A stretch of DNA of 62,817 bases, counting the filler, from Deltaproteobacteria bacterium (lineage in GTDB: Bacteria; JAUYMQ01), in NCBI GenBank assembly GCA_030698575.1. It is 6 parts of 6 records of this genome, joined end to end, with 100 filler letters (N's around TTAATTAATTAA, not from the genome) between each part and the next. Parts side by side here need not be neighbours in the genome. Positions count along the whole stretch, not along the records: positions 17,994 to 48,719 come from JAUYMQ010000256.1; 5 more parts are not named here. The stretch is one strand, 5' to 3'. Every line of letters starts with the position of its first letter. Position 1 is the first letter of the stretch. The translations under genes and the position numbers were made by a program. Below, in pieces: positions 18,955 to 29,124 of this stretch. Under the pieces are notes generated by a model. It saw only the letters and a program-made list of their open reading frames with translations, made no database searches and was not told the DNA's origin.

Positions 18955-19334
18955 TTCCCGGCCTCCTTGGGACGCTTGGCGCCGTACTTCGACCGCGACT
19001 GCTTGCGCTCGTTCACCCCGGCCGCGTCGAGCGTCCCGCGGATGATGTGGTAGCGCACGCCGGGCAGGTCCTTCACGCGGCCGCCGCGGATCATGACGAT
19101 CGAGTGCTCCTGCAGGTTATGCCCTTCCCCGGGGATATACGCCGTCACTTCGAACCCATTCGTCAGCCGGACGCGCGCCACTTTGCGCAGCGCGGAATTC
19201 GGCTTCTTCGGCGTGGTGGTGTACACGCGGGTGCACACGCCCCGCTTCTGCGGGTTGCCGCGCAGGTGCGGCGCCTTTTCCTTCTTCTCGACATCCCTGC
19301 GTCCATGCCGGACGAGCTGATTGATGGTCGGCAA
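18951..19334 (-). CDS. rpsL: 30S ribosomal protein S12
   Basis: [28 protein letters not shown] start. Confidence 0.99.
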   Translation of the reverse strand: MPTINQLVRHGRRDVEKKEKAPHLRGNPQKRGVCTRVYTTTPKKPNSALRKVARVRLTNGFEVTAYIPGEGHNLQEHSIVMIRGGRVKDLPGVRYHIIRGTLDAAGVNERKQSRSKYGAKRPKEAGK

Positions 19335-19447
19335 AATACCCCTCGCGCATGCTGCTCCAAAAAGTCCCGCTCAAGCCCGCGAAATCAAGCCGGTATCTCG
19401 ACTTAGGTCAAGGGTGCGCCCCGGCGGGTAGTGGCCCAGTTTGATCC

Positions 19448-19705
19448 GTGACAAACCTTGTAGAGGAACCCCGAGTGGAACTATATAGACGCCTCATAGA
19501 GGAACAGTATGAGGCGCGGCCTACCGGCTGTGGGGCCAGTTTCGGGGAGATTCTGTGTTGGGAGATTCACTCAAACGGGCTGACGTTCGTCCAGCTAGCC
19601 GAAAAGTGGGGAGTGTCGCTCCCCACCCTCGGCGTCCTGATCGCGGATCACTGCGACCGGCTAGAACGCACTCCGCATGTCACCCACGGGTACCAAGCCC
19701 GTTAG
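19448..19705 (+). CDS. Small hypothetical protein, possible HTH
   Basis: GLTFVQLAEKWGVSLPTL. Confidence 0.45.
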   Translation: MTNLVEEPRVELYRRLIEEQYEARPTGCGASFGEILCWEIHSNGLTFVQLAEKWGVSLPTLGVLIADHCDRLERTPHVTHGYQAR

Positions 19706-19950
19706 CAGGTACCAAGGCGATCACGTTCCGCACAGTTCTTACACCGAGGCAGATTGCCGGTACCAGCGGTCTTGTACTGGGGCTCGATGTTGTTCCCCTC
19801 GGTACAGGTGTTACAATCGTGGTAGACGTCCTTAGTCTTACTGCTATGGAAGGGCGCGACTTTTGCCATACCGGCCTCCGGTTAGGGGTGCGTTTTGTCC
19901 AACCTACAGCCGGTACCGAACCCCGCTAGATAGGAAAAAATTCTTAGCCC

Positions 19951-20229
19951 ATGCCACGGCAACGCAAGTTCCGCGATTCGGACGATTCTAAGCTCCGCGA
20001 GGATACCGCCGAGACGGCCTTCCGCACGCTCCAAGAGGCCATCGGGGAGCGGCCCAAGACTGTGCCTGGCTCCGAACCTGCCGAGAAGAACGCGGCGGCA
20101 GTCGAGCGCGGGCGGAAGGGCGGGAAGAAGGGCGGCAAGGCACGCGCGGCGGCGCTCAGTCCCCGGCGGCTCACGGCCAGCGCGAAGAAAGCCGCGCGCA
20201 AACGATGGGCGAAGCCCCGCAGCGAGTAG
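19951..20229 (+). CDS. Small basic protein of the type that accompanies IS1-like transposases
   Basis: KNAAAVERGRKGGKKGGKARAAALS...KKAARKRW. Confidence 0.75.
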   Translation: MPRQRKFRDSDDSKLREDTAETAFRTLQEAIGERPKTVPGSEPAEKNAAAVERGRKGGKKGGKARAAALSPRRLTASAKKAARKRWAKPRSE

Positions 20230-20239
20230 GACCCCTCAG

Positions 20240-20659
20240 ATGGCCGACGTGTTCAGCCCTGCCAAGCGTTCAGCGATCATGTCCCGCGTTCGGAGTCGCG
20301 GCAACGCGAGTACCGAATTGCGGGTTGTGCGCGCCCTGCGGCAAGCGGGCATTACCGGATGGCGGCGGCATCTTCCCCACGTCCCCGGAAGCCCCGACTT
20401 CGTATTCCCCAAGGCGCGCGTGGCGCTGCACGTTCACGGGTGCTTCTGGCATGGGTGTACGCGATGCAGTGCAGGCGACGCTCCCGCGACGAGACGCAAC
20501 TACTGGATTCCAAAGGTCGCCCGGAACCGAGCGCGGGATGCGCGCAATCGGCGCGCCCTTCGGCGAGCTGGCTACCGGACTCTGCAAGTTTGGGAGCACG
20601 AGCTAAGAGAGAATGGCTGGCTTCGCCGACTGCGCCGTCGCCTTAGCGCCGCCGGATAG
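20240..20659 (+). CDS. vsr: Very short patch repair endonuclease
   Basis: DVFSPAKRSAIMSRVR, GSPDF, HGCFWHG, VWEHE. Confidence 0.93.
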   Translation: MADVFSPAKRSAIMSRVRSRGNASTELRVVRALRQAGITGWRRHLPHVPGSPDFVFPKARVALHVHGCFWHGCTRCSAGDAPATRRNYWIPKVARNRARDARNRRALRRAGYRTLQVWEHELRENGWLRRLRRRLSAAG

Positions 20660-21500
20660 GCGTCGCGGTTGACCGCTGCTGCATCACGCCGCCCCGCTCA
20701 ACTGTTGTCGTCCGGACCAGTTCCTTCCCCTTATGGGCAACGAAAAACCTGACGCGGTTGACCTCGGCGTCGTCGCCGCCGAAGCACTGATGGATGGCCG
20801 CGAGAAATCGAACGTCTGCCAGATGGTGCGGCTCCGGGTTGGGGTTGTTTCGGACGCTCGGAATGGTCGCAGGGAACAGGTAGATGCATGGGGGCGTGAG
20901 GAGATACGGTCCCACTTCTGTTTGACGCCCCTCGCGGAGGGCCAGCTTCGGACAGGGACGCGCCACCGTCCCGCAGAGCCAATCCCACACGACCAGCCCG
21001 TCCACCTGCTTTTCGTTCGCAATGATCTCTGCGCTCAACCGTGTGTGAATGCCAGACCAGACGTTCCGCCGAGGATCGCCGCCCGGGTTTTCGCAAATAC
21101 TCCACAGAATGAACTCCTGGGCGTGGGCTGGGCGCTCGAAGATCGTCGTGTTGTTACCATCGAGGCAGCCCTTAAGCTCAATGACGCACACACGGCCATC
21201 GGGAAGGGTGACGGTGTAGTCGTGCCTGTTCGCGCCGCCGGACGATTCCCAATTGTAAATAAGCGCACGGTCCTGCATATGGTTCAGGACCAACCGCACG
21301 AAGTCGCGCTTCGGGTTCATCGTCGCAGCGAACTGCCCGCGGAGACGTTCAATCACGCCACGAAACAGGCCGCCTTGGTAGAAATCCCTCTCGGACAGGC
21401 CATGAGTGCCGAGCGTGTGAGCCTCGGTCCGAAACACCTCGGCCAACTCGACGATTTGCTTCTTGAGATCCTTGTTCCGCTGGCAGGGAATGACGCTCAT
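20643..21500 (-). CDS. Putative type II restriction endonuclease (PD-(D/E)xK)
   Basis: HDYTV...VIELKG motif; translationally coupled to the C5 methyltransferase. Confidence 0.65.
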   Translation of the reverse strand: MSVIPCQRNKDLKKQIVELAEVFRTEAHTLGTHGLSERDFYQGGLFRGVIERLRGQFAATMNPKRDFVRLVLNHMQDRALIYNWESSGGANRHDYTVTLPDGRVCVIELKGCLDGNNTTIFERPAHAQEFILWSICENPGGDPRRNVWSGIHTRLSAEIIANEKQVDGLVVWDWLCGTVARPCPKLALREGRQTEVGPYLLTPPCIYLFPATIPSVRNNPNPEPHHLADVRFLAAIHQCFGGDDAEVNRVRFFVAHKGKELVRTTTVERGGVMQQRSTATPIRRR

Positions 21501-22744
21501 GCGACCAGGTGAATCACTGTCGCTTTCGGTGCCAAGATCGGTTCGAGGATTTGATCGGCTAAGTGCCGAACGACCGGGAGAACCACACCGTCGCCCGTGA
21601 GGTGATACGCCTCGTTGTAGTTCTCTGGCAAAGCGTAGCTGTCGGGCAAGCCCATCAAGCGGGCTGTCTCTCGACTAGAGAGCAAGCGCGAGCGCACCTT
21701 CTCGCCTTTCACGACGACGATTAATTGTCGGCTGGACCCGCCCGACGACGTGCGGAGACAGCCCGCCACCCCGTCAAATCGGACTTCGGCCCGCTGCACC
21801 TTATCCCCGTCATCGTCATGGCGGGTGCGCTTGTAGACAGTACCGACCGTGAGCTTGCCCGCCTTCTTCGCGTCACGGACCTTGTCCATGTTGCGCTTGT
21901 TCATCATGCCGAGGAGTTTGGCCGTTTCGTCCCGCGTGTGCCACGCAACGCTCGACGGTTCATCCTCAATGAGGTCCTTCAACCGAATCGTGCGCCGCGC
22001 GGGGGCGGCCATATTCCACCACACCCAATGCTGGCGCGTTTCCTCGTCCAGCCGGCCGTGCGCCGTGCGCAGTGCGCGCGAATGCCAGCGGGCCGTTGGC
22101 TCCGCCGCGACCAGAGCGGGCGGTATGGCAAGGTCGCCCGCCACGGCCACGATGAACAAGCGCGGCCGTGACTGCGGGACGAAGAGGGCGGCGTCAATTA
22201 CCAGTGCGCCGAAGTGGTAACCGGCATCCGCGAGCGCCTTGGCGATGGCGGTGAAGTCCTTCCCGCCGTGCGACGTGAGCGTACCGCACACATTTTCCAA
22301 GGCGACGACGCGAGGACCGCGACCCGCGCCGCTCAGTTTGGTGACCAGCTCCCAAAACGGCCAAAACGTCCCGGACCGGTCGCCCTTCAACCCCGCTCCC
22401 ATGCCAGCCAGCGAGAGGTCCTGGCACGGGAAGGACGCCCAAGCCAAGTCCGCGGAATCCCGAACCTCGGCGGCCTCAACGGTGCGCACGTCCTTCGTGA
22501 GAAGCGCGCCATCTCCCCAGTTCTGCCGGTAGATCGCGCTCTTCTTGAAGTCGAAATCATTGGCAAAGACGCAGCGCCATTGAGGACCGAGGCCAGCCCG
22601 GACCATGCCGCCGCCGGCAAAGAACTCAGAGAACGTGAACTGGTGGGCTTGGGCGGGAGCTAGTTCATGCGTGCTTGCAGTCACGGGCACCCCGAAGTCG
22701 AAAGTCACCGCTTTGGTGGCGCTAAGATACCACGAATCAGGCAC
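21497..22744 (-). CDS. DNA (cytosine-5) methyltransferase
   Basis: FFAGGG, FPCQDLS, ENV, QSRPR, RLMGLP, GDGV; true start may be slightly downstream. Confidence 0.95.
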   Translation of the reverse strand: MPDSWYLSATKAVTFDFGVPVTASTHELAPAQAHQFTFSEFFAGGGMVRAGLGPQWRCVFANDFDFKKSAIYRQNWGDGALLTKDVRTVEAAEVRDSADLAWASFPCQDLSLAGMGAGLKGDRSGTFWPFWELVTKLSGAGRGPRVVALENVCGTLTSHGGKDFTAIAKALADAGYHFGALVIDAALFVPQSRPRLFIVAVAGDLAIPPALVAAEPTARWHSRALRTAHGRLDEETRQHWVWWNMAAPARRTIRLKDLIEDEPSSVAWHTRDETAKLLGMMNKRNMDKVRDAKKAGKLTVGTVYKRTRHDDDGDKVQRAEVRFDGVAGCLRTSSGGSSRQLIVVVKGEKVRSRLLSSRETARLMGLPDSYALPENYNEAYHLTGDGVVLPVVRHLADQILEPILAPKATVIHLVA

Positions 22745-22856
22745 TTACGCAATGCCCGGACGACGATTGACAGGCCGAACCGGCCCGCCTAGCTTCGGGT
22801 CCTATTCGGGGGTGGCCTTGCCTATGCGTGAGCGTTTGAGTAGATTGCCTGTTACA

Positions 22857-23705
22857 ATGAACGTCCTCACGACTGCTAAACGCGCCGCGATACTGGCGGC
22901 CCTCTGTGAAGGCTCCTCCGTCCGGGCAACCGCTCGGATCGTCCGCGTGTCGCGGACCACGGTCCTCAAGCTGCTGGTTGAAGTCGGGAAACTGTGCGCG
23001 ATCTATCAGGACCACACGCTGCGCAATCTGCCAGCGAAGCGGCTGGAGATTGACGAGTTGTGGGCGTTCGTCGGCGCGAAGGCGCGGCGGGCCACGCAGC
23101 CGGGCCATGGCGATATCTGGACGTTCACGGCCATTGACCCCGACTCGAAGCTGCTGGTCTCATGGCTAGTGGGAAATCGGACGCCGGAAGCTGCTGGCGA
23201 GTTCATGCGCGACGTAGCGTCGCGGCTCGCCAACCGCGTACAGGTAACCACGGACGGCCACCACATGTACCTGACCGCCGTGACGCAGGCTTTCCACTTC
23301 GACGTGGATTACGCCATGCTGGTGAAGCGGTACGGGCAGGCCGTGGGCGACGATACGAAGTACAGCCCGCCCGTGTGCGTCGGGGCGGACAAGACGTGGG
23401 TCAGCGGGAAGCCGGCCAGGGCGTTTGTGTCCACGTCCTACGTCGAGCGGTCCAACCTTACGGTGCGGATGCAGTCGCGCCGCTACACCCGACTCACCAA
23501 TGCGTTCAGCAAGAAGGTCGAGAATCACGCCCACGCCTTCGCCTTGTTCGCCATGCACTACAACTACTGCCGGGTCCACCAGACGTTGACCAAGCAGGTG
23601 GGCGGGATTCACACCACGCCAGCGATGGCGGCGGGGGTGACGGATCGGGTCTGGCGGGTGGAGGACATAATCTCCCTGCTGGACCCCGCTCGGCTGTTAC
23701 AATGA
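22857..23705 (+). CDS. IS1-family DDE transposase
   Basis: N-terminal [38 protein letters not shown]. Confidence 0.9.
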   Translation: MNVLTTAKRAAILAALCEGSSVRATARIVRVSRTTVLKLLVEVGKLCAIYQDHTLRNLPAKRLEIDELWAFVGAKARRATQPGHGDIWTFTAIDPDSKLLVSWLVGNRTPEAAGEFMRDVASRLANRVQVTTDGHHMYLTAVTQAFHFDVDYAMLVKRYGQAVGDDTKYSPPVCVGADKTWVSGKPARAFVSTSYVERSNLTVRMQSRRYTRLTNAFSKKVENHAHAFALFAMHYNYCRVHQTLTKQVGGIHTTPAMAAGVTDRVWRVEDIISLLDPARLLQ

Positions 23706-23773
23706 AACTGGGCCACCACCGGGGGCGCGCTCCCGTTCCCAGGCTTCAGCGTGTGGTCCGGAGCGGTGATGCC

Positions 23774-24118
23774 CTAAAGGGAGAGGACGAGTCGGAGTCC
23801 GGTATTCACCGCGGCCAGCGTGTCTGCCGAAACCCCGCCGGCCCGGTCAGTCAAGTCTCGTCGATCCAGCGTCAGGATCTGGGAGACGTTCGCGACCGAG
23901 TCCTTCGGGAGCCCCGACTCGCGCTTCGGCACCAGCGCATTCCCGGGCGCGTCCAGCAGGCGCAGGTTGGAAGTCAAGGCCACCGCCATCGTGGTATCGA
24001 TGCGGCTTCGATTAAAAGCATCGGATTGCACGATCAACAGGGGACGACGGAACCCCGGCTCGGAGCCTTGTGGCTCCCCGAGGTCAGCCCACCAGACCTC
24101 ACCACGCTGGATTACCAC
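23774..24118 (-). CDS. MazF/PemK toxin
   Basis: RGEVWWADL, GSEPGFRRP, DSVANVSQI. Confidence 0.92.
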   Translation of the reverse strand: MVIQRGEVWWADLGEPQGSEPGFRRPLLIVQSDAFNRSRIDTTMAVALTSNLRLLDAPGNALVPKRESGLPKDSVANVSQILTLDRRDLTDRAGGVSADTLAAVNTGLRLVLSL

Positions 24119-24348
24119 TCGGAACGCGCGGCGATACGTCGCTGCCTGCGGCGGACGGGTTCGTCGAGTTGACTCGGTTCGGCCGCGTAGACCGCATTCA
24201 GCCGCTCAGTCACTTTCGCCGTCCGGTGCTTGGCCAGGTACTCAGTCAGCGCGACGACGAACAGCCGGCTGCGTGAAATGCCGAGCTTCCGTGCCAGCGA
24301 GTCGGCTGAGCTGAAGAGCTCGTCTGGCAGGGAAATGGCGGTTTTCAT
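24112..24348 (-). CDS. Ribbon-helix-helix antitoxin
   Basis: MKTAISLPDELF...GISRSRL; overlaps the toxin start. Confidence 0.88.
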   Translation of the reverse strand: MKTAISLPDELFSSADSLARKLGISRSRLFVVALTEYLAKHRTAKVTERLNAVYAAEPSQLDEPVRRRQRRIAARSEW

Positions 24349-24409
24349 ACCAGCAGTATACCTGAGTAATACTACCTGGGCAAGCCGGCCACGAAGCACC
24401 TTGACTCGG

Positions 24410-24467
24410 CGCGCTCGCCGACCTCGGCCATGCGGTGGTACTCGTCCACGGTGAAGCGCCGGTGCGC
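24410..24467 (-). pseudogene. Uma2 endonuclease 5' remnant
   Basis: Reads HRRFTVDEYHRMAEVGE, nearly identical to the start of 46634-47197. Confidence 0.65.
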
Positions 24468-24628
24468 GAGCGTGCGCTCGGCTCGGCCGCCGAGTCAATG
24501 GTGGCGGGCGCGCCCGTTCCCAGGCTTAAGCCGGGGCCCGACCCGGCACTGTGCCTAGGCACAGTGATGTACCGGGCCCACGCTTCAGCGTGTGGTCCGG
24601 CGCGGAGGCAAAGGGCTTTCCGTGGTGA

Positions 24629-24973
24629 TTAACTGCGCAGCAGCAACGCGCCGACGGCGATGGCGGTGCCGATGATCCCTACGGCGGTGGGGACCCAGAA
24701 TGTAAACAGCCATTTGAGCGTGACCTGCTGGGCGTGCGAGAGCTCGCTCAGCGTGGCCTGCTGGGCGTGTGAGATCTCGATCGAGAGATCACGCCGGAGC
24801 TCGGCCAGGCGCTGCTCGAGCTTGGCCTCGAACCGCACGAAGTTCGCTTCGTTCAGCTCGCGCAGGTCCCCACGGTAGGTGTGCACGCTATTCAACAAGT
24901 CCACGAGCTCGTTCGTGTCCTCGTCCCCGAACGTCTCGTAGAGTTTGCGGGACAGTTTCGCGGTGACGGGCAC
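24629..24973 (-). CDS. DUF1640/CCDC90-like coiled-coil membrane-anchored protein, paralog 1
   Basis: VPVTAKLSRKLYETFG..., C-terminal TM. Confidence 0.75.
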   Translation of the reverse strand: MPVTAKLSRKLYETFGDEDTNELVDLLNSVHTYRGDLRELNEANFVRFEAKLEQRLAELRRDLSIEISHAQQATLSELSHAQQVTLKWLFTFWVPTAVGIIGTAIAVGALLLRS

Positions 24974-25236
24974 GTCCTGGTCCGTGAAGGGGGACCCGCA
25001 ATGTGTCGTGGGCTGATGCCCGAGCGAGCATCCAATCATTGCGGCAGGGGTCCGATTGACGCATGGGCCGAGCATACGCTCGGCTCGGCGGCCGAGTCAA
25101 TGGTGTGGGGCGCGCGGCCGGTCCCAGGCTCAAGCCTGGGCCCGACCCGGCACTGTGCCTAGGCACAGCGATGTACCGGGCCCACGCTTCAGCGTGTGGT
25201 CCGGCCAGGGCACGCGCCCTGAAGGGCGACGCGGGT

Positions 25237-25683
25237 TTAGCGGCGCAGCAGCAGGGCGACGACACCGATGGCGGTGCCGATGATGGCGATGGCGGTCGGG
25301 GCCCAGAAGGTGAACATCCACTTGATGGTGGCGGACTGGGCGCGTCCGATCGCCGCCGTCGTGTCACCTCGGAGGTCCCCGATCTGCGCGAGCAGCTCAC
25401 CCTTGAGCATGGCCAACTCTGCCTTTATTTCTCCGCGCAACTCGGCGATGCGTTCGCCCAGCTTCGCGTCCAGTCCCGTCCAGCGGACGATCCACTTGGC
25501 ATCGAGTTCCGCGAGCCGCTGCTCGAGTTTGGCATCGAAGCGCCCGAAGTTGAGCTCGTTGAGCTCGCGCAGATCACCGCGATACGTCGCGTCCACGCTA
25601 TTGAACCAATCCACGAGCTCGTTCGTGACGTCCTCCCCGAACGTTTCGTAGAACTTGCGCGACAACCGGGCAGTGACGGGCAT
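25237..25683 (-). CDS. DUF1640/CCDC90-like protein, paralog 2
   Basis: MPVTARLSRKFYETFG..., IKWMF, TM. Confidence 0.8.
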   Translation of the reverse strand: MPVTARLSRKFYETFGEDVTNELVDWFNSVDATYRGDLRELNELNFGRFDAKLEQRLAELDAKWIVRWTGLDAKLGERIAELRGEIKAELAMLKGELLAQIGDLRGDTTAAIGRAQSATIKWMFTFWAPTAIAIIGTAIGVVALLLRR

Positions 25684-25884
25684 GGGGGAATCTGGCGCTC
25701 CCGGGCGGGAAGGGGGGGACCGGAAACGCACGAATGGGACCGAAACGTCGCATGGTCCACGCTACGCTCGGCTCGGCGGCCGAGTCAATGGGGTCTTGGC
25801 CGTTTCGGGTCATTTTTAACCGTGTCCTGAAGAGCTTGCCCTGAGCGCAGCGAAGGGACCGGCTTAGCTGGTGTGATGTGTGGT

Positions 25885-26199
25885 TCAGCGACGCAGCAGC
25901 AGACTGATCACGCCCGCGCTACTGCCGATGACGGCGAGCGCCGTAGGCGCCCAGAACGCGAACATCCGCCAGGTGAGGCGGGACTCGAGTTGTGCAAGGC
26001 GGTCCGCCAGGTCACGGGCGAATTCGGCAAGCCGCTGCTCGAGCCTGGCTTCGAAGCGCGAAAAGTGATGCTCAAGAGTGTCCCGGAGTTCCGAGCGATA
26101 GGCGGCGTCCACGCTATTCAGAGCGTCCACGAATTCGTTCGTGACGTCCTCCCCGAGGGCCTCGTAGAACTTGCGGGAGAGTTTGAGGGTTACGGGCAT
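25885..26199 (-). CDS. DUF1640/CCDC90-like protein, paralog 3
   Basis: MPVTLKLSRKFYEALG..., TM. Confidence 0.8.
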   Translation of the reverse strand: MPVTLKLSRKFYEALGEDVTNEFVDALNSVDAAYRSELRDTLEHHFSRFEARLEQRLAEFARDLADRLAQLESRLTWRMFAFWAPTALAVIGSSAGVISLLLRR

Positions 26200-26437
26200 G
26201 CGGGCACGATACGGGACGGCGGTGCCGATCGGTAACCAAATAAACGCGGGGGGAAGCGGGCGACTGCATGCACCAGGGTACGCTCGGCGCGGCGGCCGAG
26301 TCAATGGGCTCCGCAATGTCACACCCCGAGGCCATATCTGCTCTAGTCAGGTGCTTGGGCGCGGGCTATATTCGCGATCCCTTGGCGCCCTAACGCGCGG
26401 AGTCAGCCTAGTCACTTTTTGCGTTCGGAGTGGGTTG

Positions 26438-28018
26438 GTGGAAGCCGAAGCCGAGTCTTTCCACATCACAAATCCGGTCCCCGCGTCGCACACGGAGACG
26501 CCGACCCCGTCCCGCACGGGATCGCGCGGCGTCGCGCCGTCGTCGGGCGAGCGGCGCCGCACGCCCGTCAACGTGCGGATGGGGCTGCAACGGCGGGCGC
26601 AGGTCAATCTCCGCCGCCATCTGTATCGCGCCGTTCGTCGCTTCGCGATTCTCCTAATCGCGGATCTCGCCTCCTTCTACGTCATGCGCGCGCTGCTGCG
26701 CGCGATTCGCGATGAGTCGGTGCTCGGCACCGTGATCGCCACGCCGTTTGTGGAGATCCTCCCCAAAGGCATTCTGAACGGCTGGCAGTTCGCCGTCGCG
26801 CTCCTCGTCGGGCTGTTCGTCACTGGCAACTACGGCCCTGGCGACCAGCGCAAGGATGCGAAGCGTCTGTTCTACGCCTGCGCCCTCGCGACCTCGCTGC
26901 CGCTCTGGGCGACGATCTGGACGCGGGGCATGGAGGTCGTGGCCCTTCAGTACTCGCTGACGACTGTCCTCGTTTGGCTCGGCTTGCTGTCGCAGCGGCT
27001 GCTGCTCGATCGGGTGATCGAGCTGGTGGCGCCGCGGCGCAACACGGCGCTGCGGACGTTGTTCGTGGGTCCCGCCGAGGACTGCGCCGAGGCGGTGCGC
27101 GGCCCGGCGTTCACCAACGGCTCGGAGCACCAGGTGCTCGGCTTCCTCGATGTACACGTCCCGCCGTCGACGGCGGCGCTCGGCCACATCGTGGACTTCG
27201 CGGCGGTGCTGCACGAGTCCGGCGCCGAGACGGTGGTGGTGTGCGGATATCTGAGCGACGGGCGATTCCATGACGTCGTGGACGCGGCGCTGACGGCGGG
27301 ATGTCAGGTGTTCTCGGTGCCGCGCGCGATCGAGCTGGCGGGCGTGCAGCCGACGGTGATCTGGCGCCATCATCAGCCGCTGGTCGAGCTGTCGGCGCCC
27401 ACGCTGCGCGGCGGCCAGCTATTCGTTAAGCGCTTCGTGGACATCGTAGCCTCGACGCTCGGATTGGTCCTGATCAGTCCGCTGCTTGCCGTCATCGCGC
27501 TTGCGGTGAAGCTCGACTCACGTGGGTCGGTGCTGTTCCGCCAGGAGCGGGTGGGGCGGGGCGGGCGGCGGTTCAGGATCATCAAGTTCCGGACGATGGT
27601 GCCCGGTGCGGAGGAGCAGCGCGAGGGGCTAATGGCGCAGTCGATCTACCCTGATCGCCGCCTGTTCAAGCTCCACAGTGACCCGCGCGTCACCCCGCTC
27701 GGCCGCTGGTTGCGCCGCACGAGTCTGGACGAGTTGCCGCAGCTGTTCAACGTGCTGCAGGGCGCGATGTCGCTCGTGGGTCCGCGGCCGCCGCTGCCGA
27801 GCGAGGTGGCGTTGTACGAGCAGCATCACTACGCGCGATTCGACGTGAAGCCGGGGATCACGGGGCCGTGGCAAGTGGCGGGCCGGAATGAGATCACGGA
27901 CTTCGAGCAGATCGTCTTGCTGGAGACGGACTATATCCGCAACTGGTCGCTGCTCCGGGATGTGACCATTCTGCTCAAGACGATTCCCGTCGTGGTTTGG
28001 ATGCGGGGGGCGGTGTAG
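26438..28018 (+). CDS. Priming polyprenyl-phosphate glycosylphosphotransferase (WcaJ/WbaP-like)
   Basis: KRFVDI, KFRTM, DPRVT, SLDELPQ, GPRP, KPGITG; start uncertain. Confidence 0.93.
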   Translation: MEAEAESFHITNPVPASHTETPTPSRTGSRGVAPSSGERRRTPVNVRMGLQRRAQVNLRRHLYRAVRRFAILLIADLASFYVMRALLRAIRDESVLGTVIATPFVEILPKGILNGWQFAVALLVGLFVTGNYGPGDQRKDAKRLFYACALATSLPLWATIWTRGMEVVALQYSLTTVLVWLGLLSQRLLLDRVIELVAPRRNTALRTLFVGPAEDCAEAVRGPAFTNGSEHQVLGFLDVHVPPSTAALGHIVDFAAVLHESGAETVVVCGYLSDGRFHDVVDAALTAGCQVFSVPRAIELAGVQPTVIWRHHQPLVELSAPTLRGGQLFVKRFVDIVASTLGLVLISPLLAVIALAVKLDSRGSVLFRQERVGRGGRRFRIIKFRTMVPGAEEQREGLMAQSIYPDRRLFKLHSDPRVTPLGRWLRRTSLDELPQLFNVLQGAMSLVGPRPPLPSEVALYEQHHYARFDVKPGITGPWQVAGRNEITDFEQIVLLETDYIRNWSLLRDVTILLKTIPVVVWMRGAV

Positions 28019-28025
28019 GCTTGGG

Positions 28026-29123
28026 TCAGTGGCAGGTACCGGTACCGGAATCAAGCATGCGACCGCCAGGTGCTTGGACGAACTCCCATTGATAGCTTGA
28101 GTCGTTCAGAGCGAGGCGCAGCACCCCCCATCGGCCCGTCTGCACGAATTCGCTGGTCGGCAGCCGCAAACGAATCCCGGTCAGCAGGGCTCCGCCAGTG
28201 CCGACCGTGAACTGACGAATGCCCTGGGCTGGATCGGGAGTGCCATCGGGCCTTTGCGGGACGAAACGTTCGTAGAGGTGGTCGTGTCCGGAGATGACAA
28301 CCTCGGCGCCAGCGGCGTAGAGCATTTCCCAAATGGGCTGCATCGCCGCTACGCTGCCATGCTGCCCAGAGCTGAAGCGTGGATGATACACGTAGGCGAG
28401 GAGGCAGTGCTTGTGGTTGGCGGCGAGGTCAGCGCGTAACCATGCGAACTGCGGCGAGCTCGAGTCTCGTGGAATGTTGCTGTTGAGAGCCACCACGTGC
28501 CACGCGCCCACTTCGTAACTGTAGTAGCCCTGGCCGGGTGTGCCGGCGCTCGGGCCAAAGTAGGCATAGTAGCCGGCCCCGCCGGGCGTTCTGTAGTCGT
28601 GTCCGCCGGGCGTCGGCCGGGTGCGCGTACGGAACCTACCCCAAGATGGATCGTAGCAGTCGGCGAAGTCTAAGGCCGTACCGTCTTGGTACGCGTTGTC
28701 ACCAGCCGTGAAGACGAAACCGGGGATCGCCTGGACGAGAGCGGCCGTCGCGTCGTCGCCGTCAAGAGCACAATCAGCTATGTCGCCAGCACCGACGAGG
28801 ACCGGCGGCATCACGGCGATGGTCGCCTCCAACATGCGGCCACTTCGCGTTCCGATTATGGTGTACCCATACCCCACCCCGCGCACAAGGCCGGTCGAAT
28901 CCACCGTCGCGACTGATGGATCCGAAGTGCGCCACACGCCCGGGCGCGCCGTGGTGTCTTCGGGCGCGAACCGAACCGTGTCTCCTGGGTTAAGCACCGC
29001 CCATCGCGGGACGAGCCCTCGAGGGCTCCGCGCGGGCGCCGTGTTGTCTAGGCAGGCGGCAGCGACGAGTGCCGCCGTGGCGCCAAAGAGACGGGTCCCG
29101 CACTCCTTCAACAGGAGGGGCAC
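28026..29123 (-). CDS. Exported metallophosphoesterase with Ig-like domain
   Basis: GAGDIA, AGDNAY, GGHDY, SGHDH; WRTSDPSVATVD. Confidence 0.85.
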   Translation of the reverse strand: MPLLLKECGTRLFGATAALVAAACLDNTAPARSPRGLVPRWAVLNPGDTVRFAPEDTTARPGVWRTSDPSVATVDSTGLVRGVGYGYTIIGTRSGRMLEATIAVMPPVLVGAGDIADCALDGDDATAALVQAIPGFVFTAGDNAYQDGTALDFADCYDPSWGRFRTRTRPTPGGHDYRTPGGAGYYAYFGPSAGTPGQGYYSYEVGAWHVVALNSNIPRDSSSPQFAWLRADLAANHKHCLLAYVYHPRFSSGQHGSVAAMQPIWEMLYAAGAEVVISGHDHLYERFVPQRPDGTPDPAQGIRQFTVGTGGALLTGIRLRLPTSEFVQTGRWGVLRLALNDSSYQWEFVQAPGGRMLDSGTGTCH

Positions 29124-29124
29124 A

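Larger units (their letters stand above)
19427..23720. mobile_element. IS1-family transposon with passenger genes (R-M system and Vsr)
   Basis: Terminal inverted repeats GGTAGTGGCCCAGTTT (19427-19442) and AAACTGGGCCACCACC (23705-23720), 15/16 match; the transposase ends at the right TIR. Confidence 0.85.
24474..26308. repeat. Repeated intergenic module: promoter-like 28-mer (4 copies) plus ~100-bp palindromic unit (2 full copies, 1 partial)
   Basis: CGCTCGGCTCGGCGGCCGAGTCAATGG near 24474, 25077, 25765 and 26281; GGGCCCG..CTGTGCCTAGGCACAG..CGGGCCC unit at ~24505-24601 and ~25110-25205, partial at ~23722-23761. Confidence 0.85.

Noticed and set aside
24474-26308. 28-bp repeat as a CRISPR repeat
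   Set aside because: Spacing is 500-700 bp with genes in between, and the repeat reads as a -35/-10 promoter on the minus strand
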